Positions 25,699 to 36,452 of a stretch of 64,000 bases of DNA are shown one piece after another (position 1 is the stretch's first letter; every line of letters starts with the position of its first letter). Both the position numbers and the translations under genes were made by a program. The stretch comes from Lingula anatina. Taxonomy: Eukaryota; Animalia; Brachiopoda. A model generated the notes under the pieces. The model was given only the letters and a program-made list of their open reading frames with translations. It was not told the origin of the DNA and did not search any database. The stretch covers positions 25,220,225-25,284,224 of the forward strand of contig CM120640.1 in assembly GCA_051362555.1 (NCBI GenBank). Direction: 5' to 3'.

Positions 25699-28600
25699 AT
25701 GTAAAAAGGAAACTTAATTGCCTTAAGAATATAAAATCAAAATACTATTCAAAGATATTTTCTATTATAGTTGACATGCCATTTAAAACTGAGTTAAACT
25801 TATATACAATAACAGCTTCTGCAAATTCATTTTGGGATTAAGATGCCTAAAGAAATAGCATCTTGGTCATACGTCTTAATTACTGTGTTTTGTATGCCCA
25901 GATGTAAGAGGCACAAGAAATGTGCCCTCGGTAAGTCAACAATTCGCCCCGGCAATGGTAATGTACATGTTATGAAACCAGTATCTCCCACCATGTCCAT
26001 TTCCATTTAAACTTTCTTTGCTGTATAAACTTACCCAAACCCTGTCAGAGTCGACATATGAGCAACACTTGTAATTCCTGTTATCGATACCACTCATATC
26101 GATTAGTTACAATTTCATGGCATATTTTGACAGACCAGCCTGACAATCGTTAAGAAATACAACGAACACACGTAAATAAACATTAATATCTGTGCTTAAT
26201 AAATATTTTTACTGGTGTCTTATCTCAAACATAATTGTACTGAGTAAATGGTACTCACAAATCCAGTAAATACTTCGCGGCCAGGCGATCCTTCGTATCC
26301 ATGGCCATCCATGCAAGCAGGTTAATTTTCATCTGCCTTCTTCCTCGCCGGTGTTTATTGTTTGCCTGTCGTACATTTGCTGATACACTGTTTTACGCGC
26401 ATTTTATTTTTCTGGTGTTGACTTTTGTAAAGAGTGTTTCCATTTTCTTTTTGTTATCTTTCTTCCCTTCTTCGATGGAGTCTCAACTAATTCAGCCTCC
26501 TGTTTCATGTGCTTTCCCGGCAGCTTGAACTAGTTTTAACTAGGTCGCAATACGAGAATCTCGCGATATCCGGAAGTCTAGAGAGCTCTATGATGAAAAT
26601 GGAGGTGGTTGTTGGTAAACCTCCGCTTAAGCGGAGGTTTTCTTTTTATTGTATTTTCCAAAAATGTTACAGAGCGATGGCGAGTGCCGGGAATGATAGA
26701 TTAAAGGTTGGTAAATCGCGGAAAAGTAGTGTTAACCTCGGGATAAATCAGGATAAATCAATTTTGGCGCGAAAATCCTCTTTTGTGTCCTTTTAATTGC
26801 AATATTTATTAAACCTGAAAGAACACTTATCATTTCTTGTATGTGCTTTCCAATTCTCAATGGGATTACCATAATACTTAAAAAGTTGTTGGATACCCTT
26901 TACTATGTAAAAAACCTGTGAAATAGTTTTCTGGAAACTGATGTTTACATACCTCACATTTTACAATATTATTTAGGTTTGTAAGAAAAAAGGAAACAAG
27001 CAAAGTGAAATGCAAATCATGTCATAATCTGGAAAGTAAACCATCATAATGAAATATATTTTCTCATGGTTTTGTTATCATGCATGTGCTGCTTTGATAC
27101 AAGTAAGTGTGCTCACTCCTACCTAGAGCATGTCTGGTGTTCTTTTATCATATCAAGAAAATATATGTGTGAAGTTTTCAGACATGTTTTTGTCAATGTG
27201 TGGAACCTGTTCTGATAACTGCCAAAGCATGCTGCCAATACTAACATATGTTGTTGTTTTTCCCCTTCCTTCAGAGTTTGAACCCCTTCCTGGTGTGGAT
27301 GATCGCTGTGAATCTGATATCTCAGCTTCAGAGGGCTCTGATGTTAGTGCTATGGATATTGTTCCTGTTGCCAATGCTAACACCATCAGACAGTATCGCC
27401 ATCGGCCTAATAATGACCTGAATTCAATCTTGAACTTGGTGATGCTAGCAGTTGTTACAGCTGCAGTTGGATTAGGCATAGGGCATTCTATTGGTAAGTG
27501 GCTAGTTATTAACTTTGAAACCTTTGTAAATGTTGTTTTGCATTAGAAAAAGCGAGTGCCAACATATCGCAAACACATTCATGCAATTACCTGTATGTTA
27601 ATTAGAATACAAAAGTGAAACATTTCTGTTCATTACTTTCTTATACATGTGGTTACATATATATACATAATATGTATATGTGTTGGTGCAAGAGTAGGTA
27701 TAATGGCATTCTAATCCAAAAGTCTACTTAAAATGGATTGTCAAAAAGTGTTAAATGCTTTTAATTTACTCTGTTAGGTTCTGCAAGAGAATCTTACCTC
27801 CAAAACCAACTGAGAGAAAACCAGGTAGAGAGGATGAAGGACTTACAGGATGACCTGCTTGGTTGTTGGAACAAAAATGAAGCTTTGGATGATCATATTG
27901 CTGAACTGACTTCAGTAAGCAACATTTTATTACCTGATCCAGTTTTATCACAACCCATGATACTTCACTGAATGTAGCAGTTCTGGCTACAGTACATTAT
28001 AGAGGTTTAGCCTGCATGGAGTATACTGTTTGTTGCTCAGTAACATGAGATATGCTGCAGTGGGAGATAATGCAGGACTGAAGCCCTTAATATCAAAGAG
28101 CAGGTGCTTTTTCTGAACTCTATTGATTCTTCCCTTGTCTTATCAGACAATATTGAGGATGAAACCGAGTGCTTTTAAATGCTTCACAAGTTCTTTCACC
28201 TGCCTTTTATATGGGTTCCAAATTTCAATAAATGGTGGCATGGTAAGACTATAGCATGATATGTATTTGTAATTTGACCTTGTAACATTTGTCTGTTTAA
28301 TATATAATATTTGTTCTGAAGTTGTTTATTGTATTTACAGGACAACAGCATGATGAAGGAAGAGACAGAACTGTGGAAGACCAAGTACAGGGACACCCTG
28401 GTCAACATAGATGATCTGCAAGACCAAATCAGGGACTTAGAAAGTGCCAGAAAACAGGTGACTAGATAATAATGTATCATTTTTATTTTGAATGTATGGA
28501 AAGAGAAAGGCAGTGCTGGGTGAATTGTTCAGTCTTTTATCCTTAGTTTTGGGGATCTAGAAAATATTTTGTATAAATATGTAAATTTTGAAGAGAAGCA

Positions 28601-31600
28601 CTAGGGCAGTGTATTTTCATGAATCACATTTGACCTTTTTGATGTAGAGATGTTCACATCCATTGTTTTATACAGCATGAAAAAAGACTGAGAGAAGAAA
28701 AGAAAACATGGAGAACTGAATTTAAAGAATTAACAACTGACAAACTGGAGTTACAAAGGCAGGTGCAGGAAGCTGACCAAACCAAGCAGCAGGTGGGTAG
28801 CCAGCTATTTTGTTGGACTATAGAAGATAGTGACTATAGTCAGGTTCTAGGTATTAAATAATATGATAGAGCTCGAGGCAGTTGATCTTAAAAGGTGGAT
28901 GAGAAGTGGGGTTATAAATGTTTACAAAATGGTTATGTTTTATTTTTATTTGACAATAATGATTATGACTTATTACAAATGAGGGGTAACATTTGTTTTT
29001 TTCTTGTAGCTGATGATATTGGATGAAGAAAACCAGATGCTTAAAGCTGAATTTAAAGACTTGCAGAAGAAACTACAGACAACTGTGGAAGAGTTTGACT
29101 CTTTTAAACAGCAGTCTGTGTCAGATGCACAACAGAAGGTTTACCTGGAGAAAATTGCAACTCTGCAAGCAAAGGTATTTGAGTATTTCCTGACTATAAA
29201 AAAAAAAACTTAACATACAGCATTAACCATTCTCAAGTCTTGACATTTAAGTAAATAGCACCAATTTGAAACTGGTACTTTATTCCCACCACATTGAACT
29301 TGATTATCAGTCAGCCATTTTATTTAATAGTGATTTCCAGGAATAAAATTTAGTATACATTGAACACATATTTTCTTCATGATTGCTTGTTTGTCCATAC
29401 TGTTGGTCCAGGATTTGAAAAAATTCAAGTGTTTTATTTGCAATATTTCTTTCTATGTCAGATGCAAGAGCTGGAAACCAACCAGAAGGCAAGCCAGGAA
29501 GAATACGAATTACTTGAAGTGCGTTACGAGTCTACATTACAAGAACTTGAGTATCGTCAGTCAATAGATAGGATTAAAGACCAAAATTTGGAAGATTACC
29601 AGGTATGGCATGAAAATGGAAGTTTGTTTTTTACTGCTAAACAATGGGTAGTGATTGTAGTAGCAGTAGTAAGGCGAATAAATAGACATGAATTGATTTA
29701 TGGCAGTTCACTTTGTTACTGATGATAAAGAGAAAAAATGATTGCCACCAATGAAATGGGCAGTTTGTGATTTTAAATCTAGAAAAAAACTTAAATATGC
29801 TTTATGTATGTCAACAATCTAACATCAGGTTCCATTGATTCATCTGGCACAGTTCATGACCTTATTGACATATTATAAAAATCAAAATAAATTCATAAAA
29901 ATAAATATCCTTTTTCCTCAATTTGATTTTGACCATTTTAATTAATGATAACAAATTTGCTTTTATTTTTCCCGGCAGTAAGTTGCACATATTTGAACAT
30001 AATTATGTTATCTAGTTTATTAAAAGTTAATGACATAATGGTATGCCATCAACTGTACATCTTATAATTTATGTCTTTATTTTTGCAATAGACTGAGATT
30101 GGTACTTTGACAACTAAGCTTGATACTCTGGAGAAAAACCAGAAGGCCACGAAATCAGAATATGCATCATTGATGAGTAAATACCAAGCCAGTAATGACG
30201 AAGCTCAGCATTTGAAAGAGGCTGAGAGCCAGGCAAGCAGTCTCCTTGAAAGTTATCAGAGTCAGATTACCACCCTTGCAGAAAAATTACACGATCTTGA
30301 AGTCAAACAGAAAGAAAAGGAAGACACCATGGACACAAAGGTAGGATAATAAATATCTATGCATATCTATGCAGGTTTTTCATGACACCTGACATGAGAC
30401 TTTTTTTCCTACACATCTTTTAATTGATCTGACTCTTTTGACTGTAGGACTTGTTATTTTTTAGTTTATCATTGAAAATTATATTTTTATTATTATTGTT
30501 TGTATTTATTTTTAAGTTCCAGTATGAACTAGAGCCTCTCAAGAATAGAATTAACATCCTTCAAACTGAAAATGAAGGATTAAAAATGCAGCTAGGCAGG
30601 CTTAGGTATACATACCATCCTGCTAATGGAGGTAAGTTAACTCTGTCAGCATAACTTTAAGGTACACTTTAAGGCATCATTACAAACAAATCGGTAGAAT
30701 TTAGATAAATTGCAATGTGACATTTTTATGAAGACTCTTAATGTCCTGTTGTTAAAACACATAGAGATTTAATACTAAAAGTTATACATATGTGCCAGCC
30801 TTTTTCTCAGATTGAAAAACACTAGATATTTTTGAATAGGCACAACTTTGCTATTTTCACAGCCAAGTTTTATAGCTGTAATTGGAGAAGTTAATTGCTT
30901 ACATAATTTATTTTAAGTTTTTAGGTATATATACATTCAGTACAATTTTTTTTTTTTTAATTTGCTTTGCAAATTTTATTTTTACCATTATAGAATCTAC
31001 TACTGACCCAGAAACAGTCTCTAATGAAGAAGAGATGCAGGAAACAACTGGAGATCCTCTGATGGAAAACTTGAGGACAAAACTTGATGAAATTAAGGCC
31101 AAGCAATTTGCAGCAAAAAGTCGTGCAGCCATGTGGCGCGAGTTCTACATTCAAGAGAAGCAGTTAAGAGAGAAGTTACAGCAGGATGTTGTCCATGATG
31201 GTGATAACAACAACAACAACCACAGCACCGGTAACACTGCTGGTTTATTCACATGCATCAGCATCCTTATGTCTCATTTAAGGGTCAACTGGTCCGATCC
31301 AGTTGTCAAGAACTTGACCAGTGCATTTGGTGAAAAATTATACATGCTCCAAAACATCAGTTCTAAAAGTGTCCAGGATGCCTGGGCTCAGATAGACAGT
31401 TTCACAGAATCACAAGAGTTCCAGGAATATGTGAAAGCTGCAAAAACCACTTTTGAAGATGCAAAGGACACTTTAAAACAGAAATTTGAAGAGCTTAATC
31501 TTTATGTTAGATCAGATGAATTTTCGTCTTTAGTGAATGGAACGAAAGATTCAATTAACGATTTCACTGAAAGTTTCAAGAAAAAGGTATCTAATCTAAT

Positions 31601-32939
31601 GGACTCTGTTACCTTGCGTACCTATGTTAACAAGTCCAAGGACACAGTGGCAAGTGTCACAGAGAGGTTACACAGTACATGGGAGCGGCTGCGAAACATG
31701 TCAAGTCAGCTTGTACAGAATCACCAGTCTACATATAATGAAGTCAAAACAAGTGTTCAGGACAGTGTGAAAAGAGTCGCTGACACAGTAAATAAATATT
31801 GGGACGGGAGACACACCAGAAAGGAAAAGGAGAAAAACAGCAGGGAAAAAGATAAAAAGAAAAAGGAAAAGAAGAAAAGCCATCATGTTAAACATAAAGA
31901 ATCTAGACCACCGAGAAAATTGAAAGGAGATGATAGGAAGCTAGACAAATATAAGAAAAGAAAAGAAAATAGAGTTAAATTACATAAGAAAAGAAAAGGA
32001 CATGGAGGAAAACTACACAAAAATGGTGACCATGATAAAATTCATCAACCACACTGCCATGGTAAGCACTGCCATAAGATGCATCAGCAGAAATTTAGAC
32101 CAAGAGAACGAAAAATTCAGAAGCATATGGAAAAAATTCAAGGGACTATCAGGAAGTTGAATAACAAGAAAATAAGGCAAATGGGAAAAGATGGTGCAAA
32201 GGATATTTTGAAAAAGTTGGAAAATTTGCAGGAACATTTTCAAGAGCATCATGGGGCAGAGAAAAGGTCCTGGTTAACTTGTCAGTTGCACTGGTGGAAA
32301 GGTTATATTAGGAAAAAATTAAATAAAGAAACAATTGCTGGTTGTGAAAGCATCTTGTACAAGTGGCAAACCCATTACAACTGCAAAAAAGGGTCTTGTC
32401 AAAACAATAACGTAGGTGATTATGTTGTTGTTTTGGTAAATGAAGAAAAAGCTGGTTCAGAAGCAAGTGCTACTTTAGGTGCTGAAAATCCGAATATGTC
32501 ATTGAAGAAAACTATAACATCAAATGATAAAAAAGACTTTACTGACAACAGCAAGGAGAAATTGGAATGTAACTCCACAACCTGGGAAGGAACTGATTCC
32601 AGAAGTGACTGGTATTTCCAGTCAAGACGAAAAGAGACTGACTCAGATGGTAAATGGTATCAGAATAGAATGGATTACCGTGAGGATACACGTCATAGTT
32701 CAGAATGGTGGTTTAACAGAGGCCAGGCCAGGGAATACAGTCGCAGTCCCACTAATTGGTTGTTTGAGCGTGCCCGTTATAGAGAAAATGAGCGCAGATA
32801 TCCAGACCATTATTTTGTATACCAAGACCAAACATTGAAACAAGAGCAAGATTCCAGGTTTTTTAAACCATACTGTGGTATGGGCAGCAGCTGGTGTGAA
32901 GAGAAGTGGGAAGATGATTGGGATGTGTGGTGGGGATAA
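14429..32939 (+). CDS. CCPG1: CCPG1/PBXIP1-like type II ER membrane protein (putative ER-phagy receptor), ~1346 aa, 13 coding exons
   Basis: Exons 14429-14503, 18935-19058, 19437-19929, 20342-20574, 27275-27493, 27778-27824, 28341-28457, 28676-28792, 29010-29174, 29462-29602, 30092-30340, 30517-30631 and 30994-32939 join in frame. The N-terminus MSDHPGSDQDSLSSWTLV resembles CCPG1 (SDSDSSCGWTVI LIR). The TM segment LNSILNLVMLAVVTAAVGLGIGHSIG resembles CCPG1 LN..ILA.VIA.SMGFGHF.G. A coiled coil and a Lys-rich luminal region follow. The acceptor at 20342 is the least certain. Confidence 0.75.
14607..17676 (+). mobile_element. Helentron-associated non-autonomous element (HINE/DINE-1-like) with internal satellite
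   Basis: 5' subTIR ATTGTACCACCAGC with an adjacent hairpin (GTACCACCAGCG-TAAG-CGCTGGCGGTAC), then a GTCC/GGCTCCGCC microsatellite and a central tandem array. The 3' end has subTIR GCTGGTGGTACAAT, hairpin GAGGCGGTATCGCCTC and terminal CTAGTT. Inserted in T-rich sequence with no TSD. Confidence 0.8.
15616..17470. repeat. Tandem satellite, ~146-bp unit, ~12.7 copies
   Basis: The unit ATCTCCAAAACTGGCWGAGATAGGTCCATAGTTACTATTGAASTTGAATAGGAAGTCATATACTGGCAATCT...TGACCTTGAAATTGACCTTTGACCTAC... recurs at ~146-bp spacing (15616, 15762, ... 16201, 16347, 16493, ... 16931, 17077). Confidence 0.97.
18123..18854 (-). mobile_element. 5'-truncated Penelope-like retroelement (GIY-YIG endonuclease) with inverted pLTRs
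   Basis: ORF 18305-18652 (IYSVKCGTCQGEYIGETGRPLATRMKEH..RKIAEAVHI..LNRQGG) is a PLE-type GIY-YIG domain. Near-perfect ~153-bp inverted repeats lie at 18134-18286 and 18654-18807. A 12-bp target duplication AAGTAGCACTTT is at 18123-18134 / 18843-18854. Confidence 0.92.
18711..18758 (+). ncRNA. Candidate minimal type I hammerhead ribozyme in PLE pLTR (second copy on minus strand 18183-18230)
   Basis: TTACTCC-CTGATGA-TG-GTGAC-TGACA-GTCAC-A-GAAA-TATT-GGAGGTAA contains the CUGAUGA and GAAA cores, stem II GTGAC/GTCAC, stem I TTACTCC/GGAGGTAA, and a palindromic AATATT in place of stem III. Confidence 0.7.
20942..21149. mobile_element. hAT-like MITE (GGTGGATCCAGG TIR family)
   Basis: Inverted termini CACTGGTGGATCCAGG and CCTGGATCCACCATTG. 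No clear TSD. Confidence 0.55.
22362..22520 (+). mobile_element. Fragment of CAGGGGCGGATCCAG-family MITE nested in the Kolobok
   Basis: Begins CAGGGGCGGATCCAGGATT followed by a G-run. The other end was not identified. Confidence 0.45.
24494..25081 (-). mobile_element. 5'-truncated CR1/L2-group LINE 3' end nested in the Kolobok transposase intron
   Basis: The minus strand encodes ARLYFFHQLKRAKLYQSIVHSILEYACPVWHPGLT..RALKIIFPDLHY..KTDRFRCSFIP (the C-terminal region after the RT domain, with one stop), followed by AATAAA and a (TTA)n tail at 24494-24523. Confidence 0.85.
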
Positions 32940-35254
32940 CTGGCCGAAGACTTCTGTTCAATTAAGTCATTCGAGTTGCATCTGATTATTTGCAAATCTG
33001 AAAAAAAATATTGGTTTCGAGGTTTCATTTTTATCAGTGTAATTAAACATAATTTGTTTCAACTTTCCTTGACTCACTTATTTTGAAATTCTGTTGAAGA
33101 CCTGTCAGATAAAAGCAATACAGAGTCACCTTCATGTTCTCTGCTGCCATTTTTTATTGGTAAATAAATAACTTCATTCAAAAAGGGGAAAACATTGTGT
33201 ATACAAGTGAAATGGTCAGCTGGTTTAATATGAAAGAAAGTTGTCAGTAGCTTAGTGGCATGTATGAACATAAATTCTACAATATCATTATAATACTGTG
33301 TGGGGGAGGGGGGCAGTTTGGCAATATTTGCACTGTGTGGTCATTTTATGAAAGTTTAAGTGAAAGAATTTGGTCACACAACAGCTTGTTTTAATGTTGC
33401 ATTTGAACATGCAGAAATGTCAACAGATATGCTAAAAGTTTTAATAGCTTTGCTATATGTACTGATATGTATTGTTTATGTTTTATTAATCACAAACCAG
33501 GTCAGGATTTGATTAACTGAGCCAACTAAGATTTTTTCATTAAGTGATTATATGACACGTTGAAGGTAACTGGTAAAATAGAAACCCACGTATGTTTACC
33601 CCTAGTTTGTTGTGTCATATGACCTAAATCTGGATACATATTTCGCTCTACTTTTTATCATCTGCCATGAGTTTTGTTCATTAATTTACCTATACATTTC
33701 CTTGTTTGTTACTTGATACTGTACATTTTCATTTCAGCTTCCCTTCTAAACTTAATTTTTATAAAAGCTGTGTTTTTTCATGCAGTGTTGCATGGGTATA
33801 TCTCTCGTTATAGATTTTAATAACTCTCTGCATAGATTTAAAAATATTTGAAACATGAAGGGGAAACACCAAGGTAGTTAAAGAGTCTTTCTTTAAGTTG
33901 TGTTCACAAAGAAGATCAGTCGGCTCTTCTCAGTTCTCCTCTTCACTGTGGGCATCTTATTAGGCTACATTCATCATAGGCAGCAGAGAAACCCCTGTTT
34001 TTTGAAGTATATTTTGGGCTATGTCCAGTGATGGATCTTTTTTTAGATCAGGGAACAGTGGAGATTTATTTGATGTGTATGGTTAACTTAACTTTATTAG
34101 GTGGATTACACAGAGGAATTGCACCAAAAAGGATCGACTTTGACTTTTCTTCAGTGCCGACGACGTGCAGCTTTATGTATATGGTACATGTAGTGTGTTT
34201 TAGCACTGAAATGTTTTAGCACTTTTCTTGAAAAGGAGTGTGCTTTTTTCACGTGAATGTAATATGATGAGCTATTGTGTATCTTCAGCAAGTTATTAAG
34301 ATATGTTTCAATCATGATTATTAACTAGTAGTTAGTATTTCAATGGAAAGTTGCAGAGATTTAAATATCTTCCTCAGCTTAGGTCTTTACATTATATCTC
34401 TATTTATGTAGCTGTATATTTAGGATTGTTTTGTTTGCTGTAATATTGCATACCTGAGCACAGAATTGCGCAATTCGTGGCAATTCACTTATGAAATAAA
34501 TTGGCATTCAGACAGAATGAAATATCACTGGTTTTTAACAGTTCTTGATGGACATAAAATCTGCACCGTTTGTTACACTTACTGAAATAGCAAATTCTTC
34601 TAATTAATGTATTATTAACTTTGATTGATGATAGTCTATATCCCCAGTAACCAGCGAAAAGTTCACTTTATTCAGTCAATCAAAACGCTGCAACCAATCA
34701 TCTTTATGTTTATCTTTGTGTTATCACAAAATTTATTGAATTTTTTTTTTTTTTTTTTTTTGTCATTACAAGCCTTTTGGTGGGATCTTGGATGAGTCTT
34801 TTTGAACTTGAATAGAAGCATGGTTGAAAAGGCCGCTCTTAGCTTTTCGTATATTTCGAGAATATAAAGTGTTTTTATATATACATAGTAATAACGCTAT
34901 CAGTTTCATAACCCTTTTTTTTTTTTATTTTTTTATTTTTTTTTTTTTTGAAAGCAAATAAGAAAACTCACAGTTATAGTAATATTATAACGTGGCTGGC
35001 TGTGTACAAACGCACTTTTTCTAAACCTCAAATCCAGAGCAGTTTTTAAAATAATAACATACCTTCATTGTAAACTTATGACTGTCCAGTTCTTAAAAAA
35101 ATAAACTGTAACTACCAGCTGTTACGCGTGACATATGTTTTAAGAAAACCACATGTAGTTGCAAATTACATGAACAAAGTAAACGTATATCTATATGTTT
35201 ACATACGATATTATAGACACTGTCTGAGATATATAAGAAGCCCTCAAGTTCAAA

Positions 35255-36452
35255 ATGCGCTATAGGACGGGTGGTATGGTGTATAGACACTTGGTCGTGA
35301 CATGCCTGCTTGCCATGAATTGGTGTTTCTCAGCTGCGAAAAGTGAGTATAGAACGGGCAAATGAAATGACGAGTTCCGTCTGCGCTATAGTCAAAGTAA
35401 TCAGTAAATTACTAGGGCGTTAATCTTAACCTGCTTACATGTATCTCTAACAAGCAGAGATTTTCTCTGTATGGAATCGTGTAGTCTATTCAAAGAGTGG
35501 AAAATTCTTGGAAAACACTTCACGCAACGTTATTTCAGCGAAAAATGAATCTTGTCTTTGCATACTAGTGCATTCATGAGAAATTCTTGATGTTTTTTTT
35601 TCTTCTAGGAAATCCATGGTGTTATACATGTTCGTACACCTTATCAGGTAACCCAGAGATTGACTATGAATGTGTTACTGAGCCATGGAATGTCACTAGA
35701 GGTGTCAACGCCGTTCGCTGCACATTGCCGGGATTTAAGTGTACAATATTCAGACAATACGATAAAGGTTATCTTTCCTTATTTGTGTAGATTCATTGAT
35801 ACTACGATCAAACTAATTAGGCTTAGTGAACTTGTTTTGAAAGGTAAAATTTAGTACCTGTCTAATATTCATAAAGCTTTAATTGTATTATCCATCTCAA
35901 TCGCATTGCTTACAGTGTCTTCCCTTCTCTCTTTGTCCTTTTGCGAATAGACGAAGACTTGGAAAGGTTACATGTTATAACATATTGCTCTGTATGTAAT
36001 GCTGCCCTTTTTACTTGGATGTAGGTGAAAAAAGCATCCGCTCTTTTGCACGAAGCTGTGCACCAAGCAGAGGAAATAAATGTACAGACGACACATTCTT
36101 TTACACCTGTATGTCTGCGTGCAGTTCGGATTACTGTAACCATGGCAACGGAAGACCTAAAGGCTACAACTTATACCCAAAGTCCAATAGGCAGAAGGAA
36201 CATAAAAAAGTAAAATCAAAGAAAGACAGAGAGAAGAATAGGAGCAATAACATTGAACACGGCGAAAAGGATCAAAACGAAAAAAGGGGCGGACGCGAAA
36301 GACATGCAAAAAAGAAACCTACAAGCATTACAAGTTTTAACAACTCAACTGTTAGGCGGCGTCACTATAACAGCACTGGATTCGTGGCCTATTCCCCTAA
36401 TTTTTTGTCCTGTATTGTTATATTGTTGGTTTTCAAAGTCGGAGACGTATGA
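35255..36452 (+). CDS. Ly6/uPAR (three-finger, quiver/sleepless-like) protein, signal peptide + probable GPI anchor, ~224 aa
   Basis: Exons 35255-35342, 35609-35767 and 36025-36452 with phase-1 introns. Signal-like HLVVTCLLAMNWCFSAA, a 10-Cys domain from WCYTC to CSSDYCN, and a hydrophobic C-terminus FLSCIVILLVF. TATATAA at ~35230. Alternative start at 35276. Confidence 0.85.

Larger units (their letters stand above)
21426..26796 (-). mobile_element. Decayed full-size Kolobok-type DNA transposon (~5.4 kb) in CCPG1-like intron
   Basis: TTAA at both ends. TIRs are AGGGACAAAAAATAGGATT and (reverse complement) AAGGACACAAAAGAGGATT. Minus-strand spliced remnants: RKTVYQQMYDRQTINTGEE..KDRLAAKYLLDL|gt (~26259-26400), acidic EEEEDAEEEG..DPTWD (~25200-25300), RLFLTFECCLQDIFS (~24290-24340) and SDS*HDSPA (~23600, compare the GDGRxDSPG catalytic motif). 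All are interrupted by stops or frameshifts. Confidence 0.7.
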
